Part shown: piece after piece, positions 56,163-64,000 of the stretch
Layout: every line of letters begins with the position of its first letter
Position numbering within the stretch: position 1 is the first letter of the stretch
Assembly: GCA_036274675.1 (NCBI GenBank)
Contig: DASUFE010000122.1
Location: 14,095 to 78,094 of the forward strand
Reading direction: 5' to 3'
Source: Gammaproteobacteria bacterium
Lineage (GTDB): Bacteria > Pseudomonadota > Gammaproteobacteria > HTCC5015
Length of the DNA: 64,000 nucleotides
Program-made: the position numbers and the translations under genes
The notes under the pieces: model-generated
Told to the model about the DNA's origin: nothing
The model's database searches: none
What the model saw: only the letters and a program-made list of their open reading frames with translations

Positions 56163-57812
56163 TCAATGCTTCGGATATTCGCCGTTCTTGGGCCAGGGTT
56201 CGGCGAGATACGGGAATTCGCCGAGGAACGGTTTGTCGTTGGTCAGCGGATTCGGCACGGTCTTCGGTACGATCGGCGCGCTTTCCCATAATGCGGGCTG
56301 GTTGAGCGTTTCGATGTCGCAGGGTTTGGCGCCGCAGTTCTGGCCCATGTCCAGAAAAGTCGCCAGGAAGCGCGTCGCCACCTGGTCGGTCAGGCGGCGG
56401 CCGTAGGGCCAGGTGCCGTTGGTATCCATATCGACCTGGGTCAGGTTCGGTATGAAGATTTCGAAAGTCCGCTTCAGGGGAATATCCTTGCCGCTCGGGT
56501 TCCAGCTGTTATCCGGCATGTTCAGTTTCTGGAAGAAGCATTTCTTCACGCGCGGGAAAGCCTCCGTCGCCAGCGTGTACACCTTGTGCACCGACACCGG
56601 CGAGTTATCGTGATCGAAGCAGGTCGGCAGGCCGAGCGCGCTGATCGACGGGCCGAAGCCCCAGCCCAGGTGCGCGAAGCGGATGGTGAACTCGCGGAGG
56701 AACTTCAGGTTATTCGGGCCGAGATGATCGTCATAGCGCAGGCTCAACGCCGCGTCGGAGAAGGGCACGCCGTCATGATCGACCTTGTTGTAATCCGATT
56801 CGCGATCGTTGAATTCGAGTTCTTTCTGGAACATCGATTTGATCCACAGCCACATGCGCGTCCACCAGGACGGCGCGTAGTGGGCGATCTTGGCGGAGGC
56901 TTTGAGCACGTAGCTTTCGCCCCACAGCCGGACGATGCGCTCGGCTTGGGGGGATTCCGTCATAAAGGCCATCGGTATTTCGAAGCTGAGCGTATTGATG
57001 TTGCGGCCGGCCTGATCATCTTCGCCGTCGTAGACGAAGCGGAAATTGCCGTCCGCATCCTTTTTGAAACGGTCGCCTTTCCACTCATACGGTCCGGGCG
57101 GCAGATCGTATTTTTCGCCCTTGCCGTGCATGGGATGCGCCGGATCGTAGTTGAAGAGATCGTTGCCTTCCAATTCGAGCAGGGTCTTGGGGATCGGCAG
57201 CTCCGCCAGGGTTTTATAGCTGGCGGCCGGGATCTTGAAGAATTGGGGCGCGTAGTTGATCGAGCGGAAGAAGCCGTGCAGATTGTTGAAAAAGGCATCG
57301 TCACGGCCGCCGAGGAAGGCCTTGATGGTCTGGCCGCGCGGGGTTTCAATGTCGGCCACCTGGTTGGTCTCGACGATCTGGTGGAAGTCGCCGCCCGGGA
57401 AACCGATGAACGCCACCTTGGCCTGGTTCCTGTCGTTGAAGGACACCTTTATATAGGGCGTTTTGAAATTGAGAAACTGCTGCTTGAGCGCTTCGAAATG
57501 GGCGATCATGCCTTCCAGCGATTCGGCGTCGGAGTAATCGCTGCTGCGTGGCGCCGGGTCGAGGTGAATCTGGTACATGAGGTCCTTGTCGAATACGCCG
57601 GCTTCCGGCAGCGGGGCGAAGGTGAGCTGCACCACCAGGTTGTCGGCGCCGTCCGCCGGATAGGCGAAGATGTCGTAGAGATCCGCGCCGCTGACCGGGA
57701 CGTCGGCATAGATCGAGTTGACCGCGTTGGGATCGTTATGGTCGGCGGCATGCGCGTAACCGAAAGCGAGCAGCGCGAGCGCGGGGGTCAGATATTTGAG
57801 TAAGCCCTTCAT
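56163..57812 (-). CDS. Secreted DUF4331-like protein
   Basis: ORF 56163..57845, start set at MKGLLKYLTPALALLAFGYAHA. The mature N-terminus ADHNDPNAV...GADLYDIFAY resembles the DHxDxP...D(I/L)xDxYAF start that I associate with DUF4331. The assignment is tentative. Confidence 0.65.
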   Translation of the reverse strand: MKGLLKYLTPALALLAFGYAHAADHNDPNAVNSIYADVPVSGADLYDIFAYPADGADNLVVQLTFAPLPEAGVFDKDLMYQIHLDPAPRSSDYSDAESLEGMIAHFEALKQQFLNFKTPYIKVSFNDRNQAKVAFIGFPGGDFHQIVETNQVADIETPRGQTIKAFLGGRDDAFFNNLHGFFRSINYAPQFFKIPAASYKTLAELPIPKTLLELEGNDLFNYDPAHPMHGKGEKYDLPPGPYEWKGDRFKKDADGNFRFVYDGEDDQAGRNINTLSFEIPMAFMTESPQAERIVRLWGESYVLKASAKIAHYAPSWWTRMWLWIKSMFQKELEFNDRESDYNKVDHDGVPFSDAALSLRYDDHLGPNNLKFLREFTIRFAHLGWGFGPSISALGLPTCFDHDNSPVSVHKVYTLATEAFPRVKKCFFQKLNMPDNSWNPSGKDIPLKRTFEIFIPNLTQVDMDTNGTWPYGRRLTDQVATRFLATFLDMGQNCGAKPCDIETLNQPALWESAPIVPKTVPNPLTNDKPFLGEFPYLAEPWPKNGEYPKH

Positions 57813-57956
57813 GTGATTGCTCCTTGTTGTTCTCAGAACCGCCACGCCGGGTAATGTTTTGCTTCTTCTTACCCTGCCCTGGCTGAGTTCGAGAGGATTA
57901 ATAAATTCCGTTATGGCAGAGCCCGCCGCAAGGGCGGCAGGCTCTGATCTTTACAC

Positions 57957-59816
57957 TTACCGACCAGCCTTCTTTGCATCAGCGATAATCACGTCGCTCG
58001 CCTTCTCGCTGATCATGTACACCGGCGTGACGATGAAGAAGCCCGGTATCTTCGGGAACACCGAGGCATCGACCACGCGCAGATTGCGCACGCCGCGCAC
58101 GCGGAAGTTGCCGTCGAGCACCGCCATCTTGTCGCCGTCCGCCCCGATCTTGCAGGTGCAGGAGGCATGGTGGCCCCAGGCCTCGTTCTTGATGAATTCG
58201 CGGAGCTGTTCGCGGGTCTGTACCTTGGGTCCGGGCACTTCTTCCGCGGCGACCAGGTCCTTGTAGCCCTGCATCATGTTGCGCACGAACTGCACGCCCT
58301 CGACCACGGATTCCAGGTCTTCACCGCTCTTGTCATTGCCTTCCGTGAAGTAATGGAAGTTGATGTCCGGAGTATCCAGCGGATCGGTGGAACGCAGCTT
58401 CACGGTGCCGGCGCAGTTGTTGGTGTGCGCCTTGAGCACGGCCCAGGTGAAATAGTTCTTGTGCTTGATGAAGGCGTCGGAGTATCCGGGGTAATATCCC
58501 TTGAACAGTCCGGCCAGCCCGAAGATAAACAGGTCGGGCAGGGGGCGCTCCGGCGCGGACTTGGTGATGACCGACAGCACGGCGCCGTTGGTGGTGTAAA
58601 CGCCTTTGCCTTCCAGCCATTCCTTGAACATCGGGTCCGGCTGTTCGCCGGGGGCGGGACCCTTGAACGTCGCGCCTTCCAGCAGCGCGAAATCGTGCTT
58701 CATGCGCGCGACCACGCCGACTTCATAGCGGTCCTGCAGGTTCTCGCCCACGCCCGGCAGATCCACTTTCACCTCAATGCCGTGTTTCTGCAGCTCGGCT
58801 TTCGGGCCGATGCCGGAGAGCTTGAGCAGTTGCGGCGTGTTGAAAGCGCCGCCGGACAGAATGACTTCGCGCGAGGCGCGCACCTGTTTCGCGGGTCCGG
58901 CATTGGCGGGCTGGGGCTTTGTGTGCGCCGCATAAATGCTGGCGCCTTCGCGGTATTCGACACCGGTGGCCATGTTGTTCGTGTCGAGCAGCACCCGCGT
59001 CACCAGGGCGTTGGTTTTGACGGTGAGGTTCTGCGGATGCGATTTCAGCACGGCCTGGATGTAATTGCGGGTACCGGTGCGGCAGCCGTTTTTGGTGGCG
59101 AGCGGCGCGAAGCGGATGCCTTCGGCGTTCTTTTTCACCAGCGCCCAGTCATTGGGGTCGAGCAGTGCGTCCAGGCTGGCCTTGATGCGCTGCAGCGGCT
59201 TACCGAGCTTGGTAATCGCGCCGAGCGCGGATTTGATGATAACGGTGACCAGCTCCATATCCTTCACGACCAGGCGCGAGTCCGCGATGTTGGTGGTGAG
59301 CCAGCCCTTGAAGCCGTGGCGCCTGGGGTTCCAGCCGAACATGCGGGCAAAGAAGCGGCGCACCGGCCGATAGTTGCAGTTTTCCAGGCGCTCGAAATAT
59401 TTGCGCATGTTGTCCGCGCGCCAGCTGCGGTCGCCGGTGATGTCGGCGATATGGTCCCAGTCCGCGTTATGCGGGTAGACGGTGATCATGGCGTTATGCG
59501 CGGTGCAGCCGCCGAGCGTGCCCGAGCGCGGGTACAGGATGCCGTCCTTTTTCTCGACGTATTTGGTGTCCTTGCGCTGCAGCGTGTCGTCGCCGTAGTG
59601 GCGGACGTAGAAATCCCATTTCAGGCTGTCGTCTTCCGAGGCCAGTGCGTGGAACACCGGCACCTGGCAGTTGTAGGGGTTGGCTTCGCCGCCGGCTTCC
59701 AGCAGCAGCACCTTGTAGCCGGCCTTGGCGAGATTGCAGGCCAGCGGACCGCCGCCGGCGCCCGAGCCGACGACGATGTATTCATATTCAGCTTTGGATT
59801 TGTTTTCGATATTCAT
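57957..59816 (-). CDS. GMC-family FAD-dependent oxidoreductase (no signal peptide visible)
   Basis: YEYIVVGSGAGGGPLACNLAKAGYKVLLLEAGG (FAD Rossmann fold). GGCTAHNAM and SGGAFNTPQLLKLSGIG. C-terminal HHASCTCKIG...VVDASVFP active-site region. Confidence 0.88.
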   Translation of the reverse strand: MNIENKSKAEYEYIVVGSGAGGGPLACNLAKAGYKVLLLEAGGEANPYNCQVPVFHALASEDDSLKWDFYVRHYGDDTLQRKDTKYVEKKDGILYPRSGTLGGCTAHNAMITVYPHNADWDHIADITGDRSWRADNMRKYFERLENCNYRPVRRFFARMFGWNPRRHGFKGWLTTNIADSRLVVKDMELVTVIIKSALGAITKLGKPLQRIKASLDALLDPNDWALVKKNAEGIRFAPLATKNGCRTGTRNYIQAVLKSHPQNLTVKTNALVTRVLLDTNNMATGVEYREGASIYAAHTKPQPANAGPAKQVRASREVILSGGAFNTPQLLKLSGIGPKAELQKHGIEVKVDLPGVGENLQDRYEVGVVARMKHDFALLEGATFKGPAPGEQPDPMFKEWLEGKGVYTTNGAVLSVITKSAPERPLPDLFIFGLAGLFKGYYPGYSDAFIKHKNYFTWAVLKAHTNNCAGTVKLRSTDPLDTPDINFHYFTEGNDKSGEDLESVVEGVQFVRNMMQGYKDLVAAEEVPGPKVQTREQLREFIKNEAWGHHASCTCKIGADGDKMAVLDGNFRVRGVRNLRVVDASVFPKIPGFFIVTPVYMISEKASDVIIADAKKAGR

Positions 59817-59870
59817 TTTCTATCGTCCTTAAAGAAATTTGCCGATGCGGCGGAAGGGGAATCGAAGGCT

Positions 59871-59940
59871 AACCACAGAGCGCACAGAGTGCACAGAGAT
59901 AAGAATCAAGTTCTCGGTGTTCTCTGTGCTCTCTGTGGTT
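59871..59940. repeat. REP-like palindromic intergenic element (CACAGAG-repeat arms, AT-rich centre)
   Basis: Left arm aaccacagagcgcacagagtgcacagaga. Right arm tctctgtgctctctgtggtt. Spacer of about 21 nt. It lies between the cytochrome and GMC genes. Confidence 0.7.
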
Positions 59941-59950
59941 AATGTTCTAA

Positions 59951-62179
59951 TTACATGGTCTTCAGGAATTCGATCAGCGCGCGCTTGTCTTCATCCGACA
60001 GGTCGCTGCCGTAAGTGTGGCCGCGGTTCAGTATGAAGTCGGGGCACTTGCTGACCTTGAGCAGGTCCGGCACCAGCTGCGTCAGCAATTCCGTGGACTG
60101 CTGCTCGTTCAGATTATTCTTTTTGATGCTGATCAGGCTTTCGGACAGATGCTTGATCAGCCGCACCAGATCCTTGGGGTCCGCTTCCATGTTGATGTTC
60201 GCGAGCAGGTTGATCGGCGTGCCCTTGGGGATCGGCCCGATGCGCAGTTCATTCTTGTCTTTGAGTTCGAGACCGGCGCGGATCAGTTTCGGCAGCACCG
60301 CGGCCGAGACGATCAGCCAGCTTTCGCGGTCGGTGCGGTACATCACGCCGGGTTTGCGTTTCTCCGGCCACAGCAGCTGCTCGATCGAGTTGTTGAAGGC
60401 GCGCATGCGGCCCTGGGTGCTCGCGACATCGGGCTTGAAGTAGGATGTGCCGTCCTGGTCGTAGAGATAGTCCAGCTCGCCCAGCGAATTGTTGGCGAAG
60501 AACGGCGCGGAGGCCCACAGGCTGACCAGGGTGGCGGCCCTGAGATAGCCGCGACCGCCTGCCGGCGGATCCCAGTCGTAGGCCTCGCCCGTCAGCGGAT
60601 TGGTGACTTCGATGGAGCCGATATTGGGCAGCTCTTTATAGGTCTGCGAGGAGAAGCTGTCCCAGATGTGGCCTTCGGTCGCATTGCTCGCCAGCGCGGT
60701 GCAGGCGTTGAGACCGGTCGTGCTCACCGGGTAACGCGCATCGGTGGAGAGGAAGTTGTTGTCCAGGAAGTCGGGCTGTAATACCAGTTGACGCATCTGT
60801 TCGGCGTATTCCGGGGCATCCAGAGCCGCCGCCGGTTGCTTGCTGGAGTGGCAGCTGGCGCAGTTGTCGGCAAAGGCGAGCTTGCCCTTGTTCAATACTT
60901 CCTGGTTGCCGGTCAGATAATCCGCCCCGCCCGGCGCGTCCCGGAGGTGCATCGGGCCGGAGGCCTTGGCGAAGAAGGCCGCGAGGTTCGGCAGGCGTTC
61001 GGCGGTGGCCTGCCAGTAGACCGAGTTGGCGTTGGCGTTCGCCACGTCGAAAGGCGTTTGCTTGCCGCCGATCAGCGGCGTGAAGTTTGTCAGCCACTGT
61101 TCATGGAACTCGCCGATGTTGATGAACACGCGCGCCAATGCGCCGGCGAGACCGACCGAGTCGGCGCCGTCTTTCAGAATATGCGGGGTGATCAGGGTGC
61201 CATCTTCGCGCACGCCTTCCTGCACGCCGGGGACGCCGTCCTTCACGCCGGGAACCTCGTCCACCGTCGCATCATTCTGCTGTTCGGGGAATTGCTTCGA
61301 GGCTTCGAGGCGCGCCAGCACATTGAACACGGAGTTCATGGTGCGCGGGCCGTTGATGCTGTCGGAGGCGATCAGCGAAGTATCGAGCGCGCCCGGGGGT
61401 TGCGTGGCCATCAGCTGGTAGACGAAATTGTCCTTGCCGAGGTCGCGACCGAAGACGCGGCCGATCCAGAAGAATTCCGCGCCGATGTTTGAGGAGAGGT
61501 TTTCCCAGCCCGGATTCTCGGCATCCGCCGGCGGGTACAGGGGGTGGAAGCTGACATGGCAGAAACCGCAGGACATGCCGACGCGGTAGGTGCGGACCAG
61601 CTTGGGATCGTTGTAATACAGGGGATCGTTGTAAAAGCGTTCGGCATCCCAGTTCTTCTGCGCCACTGCGTCGAAGGCCGGGTTGTCGAAAATGCGCAGG
61701 CCGACCACGCCGGAGGAGCGGCCGTAAACGGATTCATCCAGATCGGATGGCGCCGGCTCGACGCGTTCGTCCAGCCACAGGCCCCATTTGTCCGGCTGGG
61801 TTGCCTTGCGGAATCCGGGTTCGTTGATAAGGCCGGTGTAGGCGAAACGGGTGTCACGGTCCGAACTCAGGGTCTTCAGCAGATCCAGGATGCCGAAACT
61901 GTGATTCGCCATGTGGTCCCAGAAGGCGTCGTTGCCCGCGGTCCACAGGATCCAGGTGTTGCGGCCCATGCGCTCACCTTCGGTGAGCTCGATACCGCCA
62001 TCCATCTTGTCGAGCAGGTGCGTCGCGGTCTGCGGGAAGTCGGCGGTGGTCTTGCCGGCGCGCTTGGCGGCGTCTTCGATCGCGGTCCACTTGTGTATGA
62101 TCAGGAAAATTACCGCGACAGCGGCGGCGATGATTACTAAGGTCAGAATTTTAACCTTGCCCTGGTTGATTCCGTTCAT
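59951..62179 (-). CDS. Membrane-anchored protein with two CxxCH heme-c binding motifs (di-heme cytochrome c-like, family unassigned)
   Basis: ORF 59951..62248, start set at MNGINQGKVKILTLVIIAAAVAVIFLIIHKW (single TM anchor, AAGGTAGGA RBS). Heme motifs: MSCGFCHVSF and DNCASCHSSKQP. 742 aa. Confidence 0.75.
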   Translation of the reverse strand: MNGINQGKVKILTLVIIAAAVAVIFLIIHKWTAIEDAAKRAGKTTADFPQTATHLLDKMDGGIELTEGERMGRNTWILWTAGNDAFWDHMANHSFGILDLLKTLSSDRDTRFAYTGLINEPGFRKATQPDKWGLWLDERVEPAPSDLDESVYGRSSGVVGLRIFDNPAFDAVAQKNWDAERFYNDPLYYNDPKLVRTYRVGMSCGFCHVSFHPLYPPADAENPGWENLSSNIGAEFFWIGRVFGRDLGKDNFVYQLMATQPPGALDTSLIASDSINGPRTMNSVFNVLARLEASKQFPEQQNDATVDEVPGVKDGVPGVQEGVREDGTLITPHILKDGADSVGLAGALARVFINIGEFHEQWLTNFTPLIGGKQTPFDVANANANSVYWQATAERLPNLAAFFAKASGPMHLRDAPGGADYLTGNQEVLNKGKLAFADNCASCHSSKQPAAALDAPEYAEQMRQLVLQPDFLDNNFLSTDARYPVSTTGLNACTALASNATEGHIWDSFSSQTYKELPNIGSIEVTNPLTGEAYDWDPPAGGRGYLRAATLVSLWASAPFFANNSLGELDYLYDQDGTSYFKPDVASTQGRMRAFNNSIEQLLWPEKRKPGVMYRTDRESWLIVSAAVLPKLIRAGLELKDKNELRIGPIPKGTPINLLANINMEADPKDLVRLIKHLSESLISIKKNNLNEQQSTELLTQLVPDLLKVSKCPDFILNRGHTYGSDLSDEDKRALIEFLKTM

Positions 62180-62625
62180 GTGTCCTACCTTGTCGTTATG
62201 GTTGGCCCGGGAGACCCCGGATTTGATGAAGCCCGAACCTCTTCTCAAAACCCAGGGGTCCGGTTTGTGTCCGATCCTGCGCCGCGCGTGCGGGGTGAGA
62301 TTCCGAGATGAGTTCGCGTTAATTTCCGTGTTTGGGGTTTAATTGTAGTTATCGCCCAAAGCCCCCGAAATTTACGGGTGTTAATGATAATGTGATTGCA
62401 CAAAAACACAAGCATTGCGGTCACGCCCGTTACCGCGTGCCGCGCGGATTCGCGGCGGCGATAAAACCGTTTCGCAATTTGCAAGCAACTGCTATATTTT
62501 TCCGCCTGCCACAGTCGCCCACGCGCGCGAGCGCGCGGAGTTTTGCGACGCATGCAGGAAGCGCCTGATAAAAGGCCAAGGGAATCAGATAATTACAACT
62601 CGGTTGGATCCGAAGAGGGCAGGGC

Positions 62626-64000
62626 ATGAATAACCATGAGTATACGGACGAATCGGAAGCCGTCATTGCGGCTGAGCGCGAGCACATTCTGCTGGGACGC
62701 GAAGAAGAAAATGTCATCAGCCAAAAGGATGAGTTCACGGGGCTTGCACTGTCGGGGGGCGGCATCCGCTCCGCTTCCTTCTGTCTCGGCGTGATACAGG
62801 CGCTCGTCAACGGCGGCGTCCTCAAGAAAATGGATTACTTGTCAACGGCCTCGGGCGGAGGCTATCTGGGTTCGGCGCTGACCTGGTTTCTCCGGCGCGG
62901 CCTGCCCGATGGTTCGAAGGCGGGCAAGGATCCGGAGAATTTCCCGTTCGGCAGGGCGGGCTGCGGCGCGCGCAACCAGCAGGGGAACCGCAATGCGATC
63001 CTGGATTTCCTGCGTCAGCATGGCGAGTATCTCGCTCCGGGCAACGGTCTGGATTTCATCTCTTTCATCGGCTACAGCCTGCATACGGTCTTTATTTCGC
63101 TGCTGGTGTATTTTTCACTCGCGTCACTGTTCATGTTCGGAGTGATATCCCTGCCCATCCTGTTCCGCGATACGCCCATACCGGACATCATGAATGCGGA
63201 CGGCACCCCGCTGGTGCTGAGCAATGTGTTCCTGCTGGCCGCCGTCGTCTTTGTGGGCTTTTTCTTCATCACCAGTATTATCTACAGCCTTATTACCCGC
63301 CTGCCTTTCGGCAGCTATCCATGGCGCTACAGGTTTCGCGCCTGGATGCAGGTGGCGCTGGGCATCTATCTCAAGCTCGCGGTTATTTCCGCGGTGCTCG
63401 GTTCCCTGCCCGTGGTCTATGACGCCCTGCTGGCGCTGCATGCGCATATCAAGGCGGCCGGCGCCTCGACCATGCTGGGTACGTTGATGGGCTGGTACTC
63501 CAATTATCGCGATCGGCGTTCGCAGAAGGAGCCTGGCGCCGGTAACAGCATGACCGCCCTGATCGCGGCCGTGTTGATCATTTACGGACTGCTGCTTGGC
63601 GCCTACATTACAGCCGATATCATCTATAACTCGACGGGGCTGGATTACATACTGCCGCTGGCTGCGTTGATATTTTTCGCCGTCGTGCTCGGCTACTGCA
63701 TCAATATCAATTACGTGAGTCTGCACCGCATGTATCGCGACCGCCTGATGGAAGCCTTTACGCCCAATCCGTCGAACGTTGCGGGCAATCAGTGGGGACT
63801 GGCCACCGAAGCGGATGAAGCCCTGCTGGAGGACATGTGCCAGCCGCCGAACCGGCGTCCGTACCACATTCTCAATACCAACCTGGTGCTGGTGAATTCG
63901 GAAACCTCGAAGTATCGCGGCCGCGGCGGCGATTGCTTCATCATGTCGCCTCTATATTGCGGCAGCGACGCCACCGGCTGGCGGCAGACGTCGACTTACC
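62626..64000 (+). CDS. Patatin-like phospholipase domain protein with an embedded multi-TM region (3' end beyond the window)
   Basis: Not in the ORF track because there is no stop in the window. My translation from the ATG at 62626: MNNHEYTDESEAVIAAEREHILLGREEENVISQKDEFTGLALSGGGIRSASFCLGVIQALVNGGVLKKMDYLSTASGGGYLGSAL... This carries the GGGxR oxyanion motif and a Ser nucleophile block. Several hydrophobic helices follow (FISFIGYSLHTVFISLLVYFSLASLFMFGVISLPILF and others). The patatin fold then resumes (...VSLHRMYRDRLMEAF...YHILNTNLVLVNS). Confidence 0.75.
   Translation, partial: MNNHEYTDESEAVIAAEREHILLGREEENVISQKDEFTGLALSGGGIRSASFCLGVIQALVNGGVLKKMDYLSTASGGGYLGSALTWFLRRGLPDGSKAGKDPENFPFGRAGCGARNQQGNRNAILDFLRQHGEYLAPGNGLDFISFIGYSLHTVFISLLVYFSLASLFMFGVISLPILFRDTPIPDIMNADGTPLVLSNVFLLAAVVFVGFFFITSIIYSLITRLPFGSYPWRYRFRAWMQVALGIYLKLAVISAVLGSLPVVYDALLALHAHIKAAGASTMLGTLMGWYSNYRDRRSQKEPGAGNSMTALIAAVLIIYGLLLGAYITADIIYNSTGLDYILPLAALIFFAVVLGYCININYVSLHRMYRDRLMEAFTPNPSNVAGNQWGLATEADEALLEDMCQPPNRRPYHILNTNLVLVNSETSKYRGRGGDCFIMSPLYCGSDATGWRQTSTY

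Overview
GC-rich proteobacterial (probably gammaproteobacterial) chromosomal segment with about 50 protein-coding genes. I recognised no rRNA, tRNA, CRISPR array, transposase or integrase. In order along the window: (1) the AcrA/AcrB-type RND efflux genes, with acrB running off the 5' edge. (2) A multidomain GH10 xylanase. (3) Several small or uncharacterised genes: STAS-like, membrane protein, DUF1993, an orphan poly-Ser/CBM remnant, a membrane-anchored Lys-rich protein, YaeQ, a GGDEF cyclase and a GIY-YIG protein. (4) A xylanolytic cluster of three GH11 xylanases plus a CE4 esterase, joined to C-terminal binding modules by poly-serine linkers. (5) An acetyl-CoA hydrolase/transferase. (6) An NHEJ locus (DUF488 fusion, Ku, LigD). 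(7) Cardiolipin synthase, an alpha/beta hydrolase and RhlE. (8) A gluconate kinase/permease pair and an amino-acid permease. (9) A thioester alpha-2-macroglobulin, PBP1C and a translationally coupled M15 peptidase. (10) GlpK. (11) An AT-richer islet: BNR-repeat protein, two DUF5329 paralogs and a lipoprotein. (12) DUF4239 and two ferritin-like di-iron proteins. (13) A roughly 715-nt non-coding gap. (14) An OMP and a secreted EF-hand protein lying downstream of a GlrK/QseG/GlrR-like sigma54 two-component module. (15) A TPR / DUF4331-like / GMC oxidoreductase / di-heme cytochrome cluster. (16) A patatin-like phospholipase running off the 3' edge. The most interesting leads are: a perfect TGTC-N10-GACA box plus a sigma54-like promoter pointing at the EF-hand gene; the three-gene A2M-PbpC-M15 unit; the envelope redox cluster; module and 3'UTR shuffling among the xylanase genes; and the unassigned C-terminal module of the fourth GH11. 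All family calls come from motif recognition by eye. No database search was run.
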